The notes: generated by a model from the letters alone, not told the origin. A stretch of DNA of 64,000 nucleotides from a bacterium (GCA_030674455.1 JAUSGQ010000020.1:13461-77460); one strand, 5' to 3'; shown: positions 8,326-18,469, numbered from the stretch's first letter. Made by a program: numbers and translations.

Positions 8326-10533
8326 ATGAAGAAAAAGGTATATTCCCTGGAAATCGGGGGAAAGACATTAACAGCTGAATTCAATAATTGGGCAGACCAG
8401 GCAAACGGGAGCGTTTTGGTGCGCCTGGGGAACAGCGCGGTTCTTGCGACCGCGGTGATGGGTTCGAAAGAATCCGATAAAGATTATTTCCCGCTTTCTG
8501 TCGAGTACGAGGAAAAGTTTTACGCCGTCGGAGCGATTTTGGGCTCGCGATTCATGCGCCGAGAGGGAAGGCCTTCGGACGAAGCGATTCTTTCCGGCCG
8601 AATGGTAGACCGCACTATCAGACCGCTATTCCCAAAAGGATTGAAGCGCGACGTGCAGATAATTCTTACTGTTCTATCTATAGAAGACTACGACACGGAT
8701 GTCCTCGCAATTAACGCGGCATCGCTCGCGCTCGCGACCTCTAACATTCCGTGGAATGGCCCGGCTTCCGCCGTTCGTCTTGAACTTCCGTCGACCGAAA
8801 CCGGTGTCAGTGACGGACCGTACATCGTTAACCCGACATACAAAGAACGCGAAGCCGAGGGCGTTCGCATGGATCTCTTGGCATGCGGAAAGGACGGCCT
8901 CATCAACATGATGGAAGTCGGCGCCTCCGAGGTCGGAGAGGATGTGCTTGAGAAAGCGCTTGCGCAGGCGGGCGAGGAAATCGAAAAAATCCAGGCGTGG
9001 CAGAAACAGATCGTTTCGGAAATCGGCAAACCCAAGCAAGAATTCAAAGCTCCTGCGACAACACCCGAACTCGTTTCCGCGTTCGCCGAAATCGTGGAGC
9101 CTAAACTCGCCGCTTTGAACGGCACATTTTCAAAAGAAAGCAGCGGTGCCATAAAAAGTGAATGGCTAAAAACGGCAACTGAAAAACTTCCCGAAATTAC
9201 TCCGGGCAGAATTGATTCATATTACGAAGAGCGCGTTGATGCGTTCGTACACGAACTCGCACTGAAGGAAGGGAAGCGCGTTGACGGCAGAGCATTCGAT
9301 GAGATCAGGCCTCTGTTCGCGCAAGCTGGCGGAGTCTCCCCCATCATTCACGGCAGCGGACTTTTCTATCGCGGAGAAACGCACGTACTCGCGGCGCTCA
9401 CCTTGGGCGGCCCCGGCGATGCGCAACTCATAGACACAATAGAGTACCAGGATACGAAGAAAACGTTCATGCTCCATTACAATTTCCCTCCGTTTTCCGT
9501 TGGGGAAACAGGACGCGTGGGAGGAATGAACCGCAGGATGACTGGGCACGGCGCGCTCGCGGAAAAAGCGCTTCGCGCGGTTCTTCCCGAAAAAGAAAAG
9601 TTCCCCTACACCGTCCGTATCGTTTCTGAATGTCTCGCCTCTAACGGCTCGACTTCCATGGCGACGGTATGCGCGGGAACCCTGGCGCTCATGGATGCGG
9701 GAGTCCCAATAGAGCGGCCGGTTGCCGGCATCGCGATGGGACTCATGTCTGACGCAAAAACGGGCGCATACAAGGTTCTTACCGACATCCAGGGACCCGA
9801 AGACCACCACGGCGATATGGATTTTAAAGTTGCCGGAACATCGAATGGGGTGACAGCAGTCCAGATGGACGTGAAAGTTGAAGGCGTTCCACTCAAAGTC
9901 CTTGCCGAAGCGTTCGTGCAGGCAAAAAAGGCGCGCATGCAAATACTTGAAGTAATCACGAAAGAGCTTGCTGAACCGCGAGCAGACATCAGTCCGCGCG
10001 CTCCGAAAATCCTCACCATCAAAGTCAAAGTTGACCAAATCGGACTCGTCATCGGCCCCGGCGGCAAGACCATCAATGGAATCCGCGAGCGGACGCTCTG
10101 CGACGATATCACGATTGAAGAAGACGGAACGGTGTTTGTAACAGGCAAAGAGGGAACCGCCGACGCGGCCATAAAAGAAATTTATGACCTCACGCGCGAG
10201 TACGTGGTGGGCGAGCGATTGGAAGGCCCAGTCGTGCGCATGCTGGACTTCGGCGCGTTCGTGCAGATCGGCCCCAATACCGACGGACTCGTGCATGTCT
10301 CGGAAGTTGCGCCATTCCGAATTGATAAAATTTCAGACGCCGTGTCTATCGGCGAAGTAGTTCCTGTCGTAATAAAAGAAATTGATGAGAAAGGGCGGTA
10401 TAATCTATCCATCAAGGCAGCCGATCCGGAGTTCGCTTCCCGCAAGGGTCTGACTCCCAGCAAGGGCGGCCCCGATTATGGACGAAACGAATCCGACAGA
10501 CACCACAGCAAGCCGCACCACCGCCGGATCTAA
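8326..10533 (+). CDS. pnp: Polyribonucleotide nucleotidyltransferase (PNPase)
   Basis: Two RNase PH domains, a KH domain (LTIKVKVDQIGLVIGPGGKTINGI) and an S1 domain (GERLEGPVVRMLDFGAFVQI). Start set at MKKKVYSLEIGGKTLTAEF, the typical PNPase N-terminus. Confidence 0.9.
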   Translation: MKKKVYSLEIGGKTLTAEFNNWADQANGSVLVRLGNSAVLATAVMGSKESDKDYFPLSVEYEEKFYAVGAILGSRFMRREGRPSDEAILSGRMVDRTIRPLFPKGLKRDVQIILTVLSIEDYDTDVLAINAASLALATSNIPWNGPASAVRLELPSTETGVSDGPYIVNPTYKEREAEGVRMDLLACGKDGLINMMEVGASEVGEDVLEKALAQAGEEIEKIQAWQKQIVSEIGKPKQEFKAPATTPELVSAFAEIVEPKLAALNGTFSKESSGAIKSEWLKTATEKLPEITPGRIDSYYEERVDAFVHELALKEGKRVDGRAFDEIRPLFAQAGGVSPIIHGSGLFYRGETHVLAALTLGGPGDAQLIDTIEYQDTKKTFMLHYNFPPFSVGETGRVGGMNRRMTGHGALAEKALRAVLPEKEKFPYTVRIVSECLASNGSTSMATVCAGTLALMDAGVPIERPVAGIAMGLMSDAKTGAYKVLTDIQGPEDHHGDMDFKVAGTSNGVTAVQMDVKVEGVPLKVLAEAFVQAKKARMQILEVITKELAEPRADISPRAPKILTIKVKVDQIGLVIGPGGKTINGIRERTLCDDITIEEDGTVFVTGKEGTADAAIKEIYDLTREYVVGERLEGPVVRMLDFGAFVQIGPNTDGLVHVSEVAPFRIDKISDAVSIGEVVPVVIKEIDEKGRYNLSIKAADPEFASRKGLTPSKGGPDYGRNESDRHHSKPHHRRI

Positions 10534-11983
10534 TCCCGCGCCGGCCGCGGCTCCTTCACCTTCCGCACCAATTGATACTTCAGCTATCGATAGGGCAGCT
10601 GCTACTATATCCGAGCAAATTGTTTCTCACTCAAGAAAGACCCCTACACCTCCCGCGCCGCCAATTCCGCCTCCCCAACCGGCACCGGCAGTTTCACCTG
10701 CTGTTCCACCACCGCCGGTTCGATCAATTCCTGTTCCGCCGATTCAACCGATTCAGCCTGTTCAGCCGCCGATTGCAGAAGCCGCGCCGGCGGCCATAGT
10801 CGCCCCATCTCCAAGTGATAGCGAAAAAGCCGCTCCGCCGGCGGCAATGGAACAGACACCGAAAAAACCTCTGCGCGAGGATATCGCGCGCATTATTGAT
10901 AAAATAAAACTGCCTGAACGAATGACGGTTAAAATCAGCGGGGAGAAACCAAAAGCCCCGGCCGCTCCGCCTCCGCCGCCGCCAACTCCTATTGAAGAAA
11001 AAGCGCCTGCGGGACCTGTGGGAAATGAAATACCGCCCCCCGCTGGCAAGGAGCAAGCGGCTAGCCTCAATGCATCTGCAGAAAAAGAGCCGGAATCGTC
11101 CGTCTTCTCTGTCCACACGCTGAAGGACGACCTGCAAAATGTAGTGCGCGATAAAAAAATGTCCCTCGTGCGCGCCGTTGCACTGGAGTCGGAAAAGAAA
11201 AAGGGGCAGGAACATCTGACCCGCGAGAGCATCAATTCGCCTCACGCGCGCAAAATTCTGGGTATCGTATTTGCCATCACAGTTTTTCTCGCGCTTGCCC
11301 TCGTCGCATACTTCGGCGCTCGAGGCATCCTTCAGCAAAATGCCGGGACTCCACAACCGGGCGCTCCTACTGCCCTTATATTTACCGAGAAAACTCTTTC
11401 GTTCCCTAGGGGCGCGCTCGAGGGACTTGATTTGAAGCGCACCCTCATCATCGGAGCGCGAAACGCTGCGCAGGTTCCTCTTGGCGGCATCGTGCAAATA
11501 GTTCCGACATCTCCGGCGGCGGGCGCAGATGGTAGCGCACAGGAACAGCCGATGAACATCGGAGAATTCTTGGGTGTCATCGGAGCGCAAGCTTCGCCGG
11601 AATTAATTCGCGCCTTCAGCGGCAACTTTTTCCTCGGCCTTCACCAGATAGTCAGTAAACTTTCTCCCGTTCTGATAATTCCGGTTAATTCATACGAGCG
11701 TGGTTTCGCCGGCATGCTTGCATGGGAGCCCACGATGAACGCGGACCTCTCGCCGATATTTACAACTGTTCCAGCGCAAACGATCGATGAGCGAGGCGTC
11801 TTAGTGGATAGGCAATTTCAGGATGAACTCCTCAACAACTTCGACGTACGGGTTCTGCGGGACGACTCGGGAGCAATCCAAATGCTGTATTCATTTCCAA
11901 CGCGCACGATGCTCATTATCTCGGAGAGCCCGTATTCATTTACGGAAAGTTTAAGCCGCCTGCGCGCAAGCCGCCAACTATAA
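10478..11983 (+). CDS. Proline/alanine-rich membrane-anchored protein (hypothetical)
   Basis: The N-terminal half is PAPPIPPPQP low-complexity. One TM segment (ILGIVFAITVFLALALVAYF) is followed by a ~230-aa extracytoplasmic domain. Start uncertain, as the ORF overlaps the pnp 3' end. Confidence 0.5.
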   Translation: MDETNPTDTTASRTTAGSNPAPAAAPSPSAPIDTSAIDRAAATISEQIVSHSRKTPTPPAPPIPPPQPAPAVSPAVPPPPVRSIPVPPIQPIQPVQPPIAEAAPAAIVAPSPSDSEKAAPPAAMEQTPKKPLREDIARIIDKIKLPERMTVKISGEKPKAPAAPPPPPPTPIEEKAPAGPVGNEIPPPAGKEQAASLNASAEKEPESSVFSVHTLKDDLQNVVRDKKMSLVRAVALESEKKKGQEHLTRESINSPHARKILGIVFAITVFLALALVAYFGARGILQQNAGTPQPGAPTALIFTEKTLSFPRGALEGLDLKRTLIIGARNAAQVPLGGIVQIVPTSPAAGADGSAQEQPMNIGEFLGVIGAQASPELIRAFSGNFFLGLHQIVSKLSPVLIIPVNSYERGFAGMLAWEPTMNADLSPIFTTVPAQTIDERGVLVDRQFQDELLNNFDVRVLRDDSGAIQMLYSFPTRTMLIISESPYSFTESLSRLRASRQL

Positions 11984-12007
11984 CCGCCAGAACAAAACTG
12001 ATAACCA

Positions 12008-12170
12008 CAAGCTTCAAGCTCCAAAAGCCAAACTTCCCGCCTGCGCCGAGGCTTCTGCGGGCAGGCAAACAAAATCTCAATGTTTAAATTCCAAACCACC
12101 AAACTGTTTCCGAGTTTGGAGCTTGGATATTGGAGCTTGTTTGATATTTGGAGCTTGGGATTTAGATTTT
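12008..12170. repeat. Intergenic inverted-repeat block, 'TTGGAGCTTG' family, locus 1
   Basis: CAAGCTTCAAGCTCCAAAAGCCAAAC ... GTTTGGAGCTTGGATATTGGAGCTTGTTTGATATTTGGAGCTTGGG. The same word family is at 26982-27117 and 44267-44404. Confidence 0.55.
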
Positions 12171-12227
12171 TGTTCATACTCTTCCGCATACTGGTCATCT
12201 GCGGCTCACTCATGTATTATGTCGCAC

Positions 12228-12368
12228 ATGCCCGGTAGGACAATTTCGAATTGCTTTGTATGAATATTCACCAGCGTACCGCAAGAAATATTTCTCTAAT
12301 CACACTTTGCATGGTCTTTATTATTCCACCGACAACAGTAATTATTCGAAATTGTACTAACCGGGTAT
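12228..12368. repeat. TIR element family 'A' copy 3 (TTCGAA variant, opposite orientation)
   Basis: ATGCCCGGTAGGACAATTTCGAA (12228-12250) and TTCGAAATTGTACTAACCGGGTAT (12345-12368). The terminal ...CCGGGTATG supplies the ATG of the downstream ORF. Confidence 0.75.
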
Positions 12369-12735
12369 GACACACATCAACGCTCAAGAATTAAACGATT
12401 TTCGCGCGGAGCTTGAGGCAGAGGTGGACTCGCTCAAGGAGGAACTTGCCTCGCATGGAAAAGCAACTCCCGAAACAGGAGACTGGCAGGGAACAAAGGG
12501 AGAACTTAACGGAGAAGAAGCCGACCCGAACGACGCGGCAGACCAGATGGAAGAACTTGCGACAAATGTTCCTCTCGTGGAGGAGCTTGAAAAAAGATAT
12601 AAGGACGTCGCATCCGCACTGGAGAAGATCGAGAATAATGCATATGGTGTTTGCGAGAAATGCGGTGAGGAAATCCCACTGAAACGATTGCGTGCAAATC
12701 CGGCCGCGCGCACATGCGTAGATCACAGTAAGTAA
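12367..12735 (+). CDS. DksA/TraR-family C4 zinc-finger protein
   Basis: C-terminal CEKCGEEIPLKRLRANPAARTCVDH is a CxxC-x17-C-x2-H/C zinc finger following an acidic coiled-coil N-terminus typical of DksA/TraR. Confidence 0.7.
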   Translation: MTHINAQELNDFRAELEAEVDSLKEELASHGKATPETGDWQGTKGELNGEEADPNDAADQMEELATNVPLVEELEKRYKDVASALEKIENNAYGVCEKCGEEIPLKRLRANPAARTCVDHSK

Positions 12736-12897
12736 TAGATAGTCAGTGGTCGATTTTTTCGTTGATATTTCAACGAGCAAAAATCGCGTCGAAATTGAAC
12801 GCAATTTCGACGCAGTAGTTGTTAATAGAAAAAATGCAAATTGGATTGTCCACTTTGGGCGCTACAATTTGCCAGCAACTAGCTGTAAGCTACGACA

Positions 12898-14454
12898 ATG
12901 GGAAAGAAACAGGCGATTGCTTCCGGTTTCGCGCGGCTCTCCGGTGCGCAACCCGCACTGCCGCGAGCGCATGTCGTTTCCGTTGAGACGGACATCACAA
13001 AAGGGCTTCACGCGTTTACGATAGTCGGACTCCCAGATAAATCGGTGGAGGAGGCGAAAGACAGGATCGCATCCGCGATAAAAAATAGCGGTTTCGAATC
13101 GCCCAAGAGGAGTAATAAAAAGATAGTGTTGTCGCTCGCCCCTGCAACTCTTCGAAAAGAGGGAGGGGCTTTTGATTTGCCGATGGCGCTCTGTTTTTTA
13201 CTCGCATCGGAACAGATGAAGTTCAATCCAGCAGGTAAAATGTTCGCCGGGGAGTTGGCACTCGACGGCGAAGTGCGCGCGATACCGTGTGCGCTTTCAA
13301 TCGCGCTCTCCGCACGCGACAAGGGTTTCAAAGAATTCTTTCTTCCAGAAGAAAATTTGGAGGAGGCGTCTCTGGTTTCCGGAATCTCTCTATTCGGGGT
13401 GAGTACGCTTAAAGAACTGGTTGAACACTTGAGCGGTATTAAGCTCATCGCGTCATTTGTAAAAAAAGAAAATTCGCAGGTCAGAAAAGACATCGAAATA
13501 GACGGTCCTATCTTTGACGATATACGCGAGCAAAAAAGTGCGAAGCGCGGATTGGAAATCGCGGTCGCCGGCAGACACAACATCGCGCTCTATGGTCCGC
13601 CGGGAACGGGAAAAACGATGCTTGCCCGCGCGGCCACAGCGCTTCTGCCGGAACTTTCGCCGGAAGAAATCATTGAGGTGACGATGATACATTCGCTCGC
13701 AGGAACGTCCGGCGGGCGGGCGATAGTGAGCGCGCCGTTTCGAAGCCCGCATCACACTTCATCATACTCATCGCTCATCGGTGGCGGTTCATCAAGCCCT
13801 CGAGCGGGAGAAGTCACTCTTGCGCACAGAGGAGTTTTGTTCCTCGACGAATTTCCGGAGTTCCATCGCGACGTCGTGCAGGCGCTTCGAGAGCCGCTGG
13901 AAGACAAAGTAGTTTCAATTTCGCGGGCTAAAGGCTCCGCCATATTTCCCGCGAACTTCATGCTTATCGCCGCACTGAACCCATGCCCGTGCGGATTTTG
14001 GGGGACTGCGCGCTGTGAGTGTATGCCGCACATCGTAGAAAAATACCGCCGAAAAATTTCCGGCCCTGTCGCCGACAGAATTGATATGTGGGTCTCTGTC
14101 GGCGACATCGCGCCCGAAGCAATGACGGCGCGAAAAAGAAAAGAGGCCGGGGAAACCGAAGCCGTACGTTCACGAATACTAAAAGCCCGCACGCGGCAAA
14201 GAGAGCGTTTCATCAATGCGAAGGGACTTTCCACGAATGCCGACATGAAAGCGAAACAAATTGATACGCTCGCTAAACTTTCACCCAAAGCGGAAGAAAC
14301 CTTGGTCGGCGCGGCCCGTTCTCTAAAACTTTCTCCCCGCGGTTATCATCGCACCATCAAGCTCGCCCGCACCGTCGCCGACTTAGCCGAAAGTGAAACG
14401 ATTGAGCCCTCTCACATGCTTGAAGCTCTTCAATATCGAGCCCGGGAATTGTAA
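12898..14454 (+). CDS. YifB/ComM-family Mg-chelatase-like AAA+ ATPase
   Basis: N-terminal Lon-protease-like domain, Walker A LYGPPGTGKTML and Walker B VLFLDEFPEF. C-terminal Mg-chelatase subunit ChlI-like region with Cys cluster NPCPCGFWGTARCEC. Confidence 0.85.
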   Translation: MGKKQAIASGFARLSGAQPALPRAHVVSVETDITKGLHAFTIVGLPDKSVEEAKDRIASAIKNSGFESPKRSNKKIVLSLAPATLRKEGGAFDLPMALCFLLASEQMKFNPAGKMFAGELALDGEVRAIPCALSIALSARDKGFKEFFLPEENLEEASLVSGISLFGVSTLKELVEHLSGIKLIASFVKKENSQVRKDIEIDGPIFDDIREQKSAKRGLEIAVAGRHNIALYGPPGTGKTMLARAATALLPELSPEEIIEVTMIHSLAGTSGGRAIVSAPFRSPHHTSSYSSLIGGGSSSPRAGEVTLAHRGVLFLDEFPEFHRDVVQALREPLEDKVVSISRAKGSAIFPANFMLIAALNPCPCGFWGTARCECMPHIVEKYRRKISGPVADRIDMWVSVGDIAPEAMTARKRKEAGETEAVRSRILKARTRQRERFINAKGLSTNADMKAKQIDTLAKLSPKAEETLVGAARSLKLSPRGYHRTIKLARTVADLAESETIEPSHMLEALQYRAREL

Positions 14455-14463
14455 GTTATAATC

Positions 14464-14491
14464 ATTCTAGTATTTTGCAAAATACTAGAAT
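14464..14491. promoter_or_regulatory. Perfect 28-bp palindrome ATTCTAGTATTTTGCAAAATACTAGAAT (candidate operator), copy 1
   Basis: Located 17 bp upstream of the ArsR-like gene. Identical core at 14776-14803 and 20873-20898. Confidence 0.5.
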
Positions 14492-14507
14492 GGTTTAGAA
14501 TTCTCAT

Positions 14508-14804
14508 ATGCCTGACTTAAACATCAACCCAACAACTAATAATTACCGACGCCTCGAAAGAGTCGTAAAGGGTTTCGCTAATCATCGGCGGTTAGAGATC
14601 TTACATTTGTTACACAAGAGTCCGGAACTTTCAGTTGAGGATATTTCGGAGATATTGGACATCGGGTATGAAAACGCATCCGACCATCTTCGCAAAATGG
14701 CAATCGCTGGTTTAATTCTGAAGCGCAACGAGGGCAACAATGTTAGACACAAACTCACGACGCGCGCAGAATCTATTCTAGTATTTTGCAAAACACTAGA
14801 ATAG
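14508..14804 (+). CDS. ArsR/SmtB-like winged-HTH transcriptional regulator
   Basis: HRRLEILHLLHKSPELSVEDISEILDIGYENASDHLRKMAIAGLI matches the ArsR-type HTH pattern. Confidence 0.6.
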   Translation: MPDLNINPTTNNYRRLERVVKGFANHRRLEILHLLHKSPELSVEDISEILDIGYENASDHLRKMAIAGLILKRNEGNNVRHKLTTRAESILVFCKTLE

Positions 14805-14810
14805 ATTCTC
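14771..14810. promoter_or_regulatory. 40-bp palindrome (1 mismatch) with the same TTCTAGTATTTTGCAAAA core, copy 2
   Basis: GAATCTATTCTAGTATTTTGCAAAACACTAGAATAGATTC overlaps the stop codon of the ArsR-like gene. May act as a terminator hairpin and/or operator. Confidence 0.45.
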
Positions 14811-15029
14811 CTCGGAATTCTCTCGCAATTGCTGCAGCTAGATGCGGACAAAAAGAGTTCTCGCGTTAGTCGCGAATTTTCTAACTTTTTCGCGCCGGTC
14901 AAAGATTTCGTTTCACATCGCTTTAGGTTTTTTCTTCCTCAATCTCCCTGGCCAGCATATAGGACATGGTCCGCTTCCCTGATATCGATGTCCCCGGCTG
15001 CATGTTTTCCAATTCTTTTGTTCCATTTT

Positions 15030-15533
15030 TTAGCGAAGAGAATCTGAAAGCTTGTCGAAGGATTGATTCCATCCCTGCGCCGTCAAATCACCCATCATTC
15101 CCTCGGGAAGTCCTTTGTGCCGCAGTGTCATAAGCGTGCGGCCACCCTCCACGTCTTCGAATATTACCGAGAATTCAAGTTCCATGGGAAAACCCTCCAT
15201 GCCGTAATGAGTAGACGAAACAACATTTCCTTTTTCATCGGCGAAACTGTCGGTCATCACGAGTTTTTTCGCGGGGACGACTTCTTTATATGTGCCGGTA
15301 CTCCAGAAATCCTGAACAGGCGCCTCGGGCGAGGATTTGCCCCGCATGCAAAACAAATATTTACCGCCCTCCCGTAAATCAATCGAGATTGAGGGGGCTG
15401 TAAAATCTTTCGGGCCCCACCATTTTTTCACCTGTTCCGGTTCTGTCCATGCGCGCCATATTTTTTCGCTCGGCGCGTCAAAAAAGCGGGTAATGGTAAG
15501 CAATCCACCCTCAATTGTTGTGGCTTCTTTCAT
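15030..15533 (-). CDS. SRPBCC-superfamily protein (AHSA1/activator-of-Hsp90-ATPase-like)
   Basis: ITRFFDAPSEKIWRAWTEPEQVKKWWGP matches the AHSA1/SRPBCC N-terminal signature. Confidence 0.65.
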   Translation of the reverse strand: MKEATTIEGGLLTITRFFDAPSEKIWRAWTEPEQVKKWWGPKDFTAPSISIDLREGGKYLFCMRGKSSPEAPVQDFWSTGTYKEVVPAKKLVMTDSFADEKGNVVSSTHYGMEGFPMELEFSVIFEDVEGGRTLMTLRHKGLPEGMMGDLTAQGWNQSFDKLSDSLR

Positions 15534-15677
15534 GTGCGTACATTCTGCCCAACCGAATCTAGAATTTCCATGAAGAGCATGCGAAATACACTCTCACAGA
15601 ATCTTCATCGGGGTACAGGTACTCTTGAAAACTGGTCTGCAAATATTATTTAATCGACCAAAATTTTATCGACATAT

Positions 15678-18338
15678 ATGCAATACAATATGCAACGATT
15701 CAGTATCGCCGGTATTTGTATATCGGCTCTTATTATTAGCGCAGTGGTTGCTTACGCGGGACTGCAAATAGTTTCCGCTCAAGCGACGGCAACTCTAACA
15801 CTGCATAAAGTAGTAATAAATAACAACGGCGGCGCAGCAACGACCACGGATTGGACGCTTCAGGCAAGCGGGACGACTCCACTTTCGGGAGTAGATGGCA
15901 GTGCGGCAGTAACAAACGCGGCGGTTGAACCCGACACGTACAGTCTTGGCGAATTCGGGCCATCCGGATATACCTCTGCGGGTTGGGTCTGTACTGGAAC
16001 GGGAAATCAAACCGATAGCAACACGATAGTCCTCGGGGCAAATCAGAATGCGACATGTACCATAACGAATGATGATGTTGCGACCGTAAGAGTTCATACG
16101 CTCAAGTACCTCGACGGTTTGGAAGCGACGTCCGCCTCCGCGAACAACTACCAGTTTCCTGTGAGGGGAACATGGAAAGCTTCGAACATCAACGGCGGAG
16201 CTACGACAACCGTTGACTTCCTACTCGGTGTTAATGCGGGCGGTGCTCCTGAACAATATGGCGCGCTCACTGAGCCCCTGGCTTCACCAGCATACTTCTC
16301 CTTATTCGAAATTCCCAACACTGTAGATGGCACGAGCCAGGTCTTGCCGATAGGTGCGCAGTGCGAGGCGGGGAAATACCGGCTGCTTGGATATTCGTCG
16401 AGCGTCGCTGGTTTCGGCGATGCTGCAATTCAGCCCATTAGCACTTCAACGCCCGAATTTATCAACCTCGCGACGGATAGATATCTCATTGTATGGAACG
16501 AGAACTGCGATACGCCGAAACTCACCGTCAACAAGGTTGTGATAAATGACGACGGCGGAGAGGCGACTGTACCCAACTTCACCCTCTTCATTGACAACTC
16601 GACGACAACTTCCGGAGTTGCTTCATCAACTACGGTCGGAGCGCACGTCGTATCTGAAGCGCCAGATTCCGAATACACAGGCACAATCAGCGGCGATTGC
16701 GATTCGAACGGAAATGTGACCCTGGCTGCTGGAGAGAATAAGACATGTACGATTACCAACAATGACATAGCGGCAACAACAACGCCGCCAACCCTGACAG
16801 TAAACAAAGTTGTCATTAATGACGACGGCGGCACGGCGACGACCACAGACTTCACGCTGTTCATTGATAACGCAACGACCACTTCCGGAGTTGCTTCCAC
16901 AACTTCAGTCGGTGCGCACGTTGTATCGGAAGGGGCGCACTCAGGATACGCAGCGACGATTGGCGGTGATTGCGACGCCAGTGGCAACATCACATTGGCA
17001 TCCGGAGAGAACAAGACCTGTACGATTACCAACAACGATATAGCAGCGACAACGACGCCGCCAACTCTGACCGTAAACAAGGTTGTGATAAATAACGATG
17101 GCGGAACGGCAACAACGAGCGACTTTACGCTGTTCATTGACAACGCGACGACCACTTCCGGAACAACTGCCACGACGACAGTGGGCGCGCATGTGGTATC
17201 GGAAGGTGCTCACGCTGGCTATGCGGAAACGATTAGCGGCGATTGCGATTCGAACGGAAATGTGACTCTGGCTGCTGGAGAGAATAAGACATGTACGATT
17301 ACCAACAATGACATAGCGGCAACAACGACGCTGAAGGTTCACATTCTTAAGTACCTCGACGGCGCAATGGCAACGGCTAGCTCATCAAACAATTACCAAT
17401 TCCCGATGACATCGACGTGGCAGACGGCAAATCTTAATGGAGGCGCCACTACTACTGGCAGCTTTGTCCTGGGCAACTTCCACGGCGGAGCCGCGGATCA
17501 ATACGGAGCGGACACATCAGCGATGGAGGCACCGGCATACTACACAACTTCGGAAATAACCGACAATACAAGCTTGGTGTTGCCGCCGGAGGCGCAGTGC
17601 GAGACTGGCAAGTACCGACTGGTTGGATATTCGACTAGTACTATCAGTTTTGCCGACGCTGCGTTACAGCCCTCAAGCACGAGTACGCCGGAGTTCATTG
17701 GATTGAATTCGGATCGCTTCGTTATCGTGCGCGATGTCACATGCACAACGCCGACACCTCCTCCTTCGAATGTGTGCAGCCTCTCGCAAGCACCAAGCGG
17801 ATACACTCTGCAAAATGGAACGCCTGGACATGATAACGTAACGCTCGCTCCCAATACCATGTTCGTGGGAATGGGCGGCAACGATAGAGTAACTGCAGGC
17901 GACGGCAACTACATCATCTGTACCGGCACTGGCAACGATAGGATACGAACGGGGAACGGCGACGTTATCATCGACGCGGGCGACGGTAATAATTCCGTCG
18001 TGACCGGCGACGGCACGGGAGATATCACGACTGGTTCAAAGAATGACAAGATTACGACCGGGACGGGTACTCACACCATCAATGCTGGCGATGGAAACAA
18101 CAACATCCGAACCGGCGACGGCGACCAGATGGTGACGACCGACACCGGCAACGACAAGATAACGACGGGCAACGGCAACGACACAGTATCGGCCGGCAAT
18201 GGTAACAACAATATCAAGACCAATGGCGGCACCGATACCATCACGGCCGGAACAGGGAATGATAAGGTCGACGGCGGGTCTGGAACCGATAGCTGCAATG
18301 CCGATGGCGGCTTCAACTCGGTAACCAACTGTCCGTAA
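15678..18338 (+). CDS. Large secreted repeat protein with tandem DUF11-like domains and RTX-like C-terminal Gly/Asp repeats
   Basis: N-terminal signal or TM segment. Three ~81-aa tandem repeats (TLTVNKVVINDDGGTATTTDFTLFIDNATTTSG...NKTCTITNNDIAATTTPP), flanked by two copies of a ~140-aa domain (VH.LKYLDG...GKYRL.GYS). C-terminal GNDxIxTGxGxDxI nonapeptide-like repeats. Confidence 0.8.
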   Translation: MQYNMQRFSIAGICISALIISAVVAYAGLQIVSAQATATLTLHKVVINNNGGAATTTDWTLQASGTTPLSGVDGSAAVTNAAVEPDTYSLGEFGPSGYTSAGWVCTGTGNQTDSNTIVLGANQNATCTITNDDVATVRVHTLKYLDGLEATSASANNYQFPVRGTWKASNINGGATTTVDFLLGVNAGGAPEQYGALTEPLASPAYFSLFEIPNTVDGTSQVLPIGAQCEAGKYRLLGYSSSVAGFGDAAIQPISTSTPEFINLATDRYLIVWNENCDTPKLTVNKVVINDDGGEATVPNFTLFIDNSTTTSGVASSTTVGAHVVSEAPDSEYTGTISGDCDSNGNVTLAAGENKTCTITNNDIAATTTPPTLTVNKVVINDDGGTATTTDFTLFIDNATTTSGVASTTSVGAHVVSEGAHSGYAATIGGDCDASGNITLASGENKTCTITNNDIAATTTPPTLTVNKVVINNDGGTATTSDFTLFIDNATTTSGTTATTTVGAHVVSEGAHAGYAETISGDCDSNGNVTLAAGENKTCTITNNDIAATTTLKVHILKYLDGAMATASSSNNYQFPMTSTWQTANLNGGATTTGSFVLGNFHGGAADQYGADTSAMEAPAYYTTSEITDNTSLVLPPEAQCETGKYRLVGYSTSTISFADAALQPSSTSTPEFIGLNSDRFVIVRDVTCTTPTPPPSNVCSLSQAPSGYTLQNGTPGHDNVTLAPNTMFVGMGGNDRVTAGDGNYIICTGTGNDRIRTGNGDVIIDAGDGNNSVVTGDGTGDITTGSKNDKITTGTGTHTINAGDGNNNIRTGDGDQMVTTDTGNDKITTGNGNDTVSAGNGNNNIKTNGGTDTITAGTGNDKVDGGSGTDSCNADGGFNSVTNCP
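16500..17340 (+). repeat. Three tandem ~243-bp coding repeats inside the large secreted protein gene
   Basis: ACCGTCAACAAGGTTGTGATAAATGACGACGGCGG... recurs at ~16518, ~16797 and ~17063 with >85% identity. Confidence 0.8.
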
Positions 18339-18363
18339 CAAGCTTCGGCGCGAAATCATCACT

Positions 18364-18392
18364 AAAAGTCCCCGTTCGCGGGGACTTTTAGT
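18364..18392 (+). terminator. Rho-independent terminator
   Basis: AAAAGTCCCCG-ttcg-CGGGGACTTTTAG is a perfect GC-rich stem plus T-run 26 nt after the stop of the large repeat protein. Confidence 0.75.
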
Positions 18393-18469
18393 GTTCTGCT
18401 ACCCATCTCATTTTTTCTTCATTCGATCCGAATACAATCGGAGTATTAGTAATAATTATTCAAACTTAT

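Noticed and set aside
9217-10296. 359-aa minus-strand ORF (and 9606-10172) inside pnp
   Set aside because: Antisense to a strongly supported PNPase gene with no motif content. Typical shadow ORFs in a GC-moderate coding region.
10724-11590. 288-aa minus-strand ORF opposite the Pro-rich protein gene
   Set aside because: Arg-rich low-complexity translation of the antisense strand of a Pro/Ala-rich gene. No independent support.
12746-13024. Small ORFs and the hairpins GTCGAAATTG-aacg-CAATTTCGAC and TCGTTGATATTTCAACGA between the dksA-like gene and yifB
   Set aside because: They look like ordinary terminator or attenuator hairpins. ORF 12746-13024 overlaps the yifB start in another frame and has no coding signal.
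16430-17342. Minus-strand ORFs across the tandem repeats, and the question of a CRISPR array
   Set aside because: The 243-bp repeats are in-frame coding repeats of the large secreted protein. The repeat unit is far too long and lacks unique spacers, so this is not CRISPR. The antisense ORFs are artefacts of the repeats.
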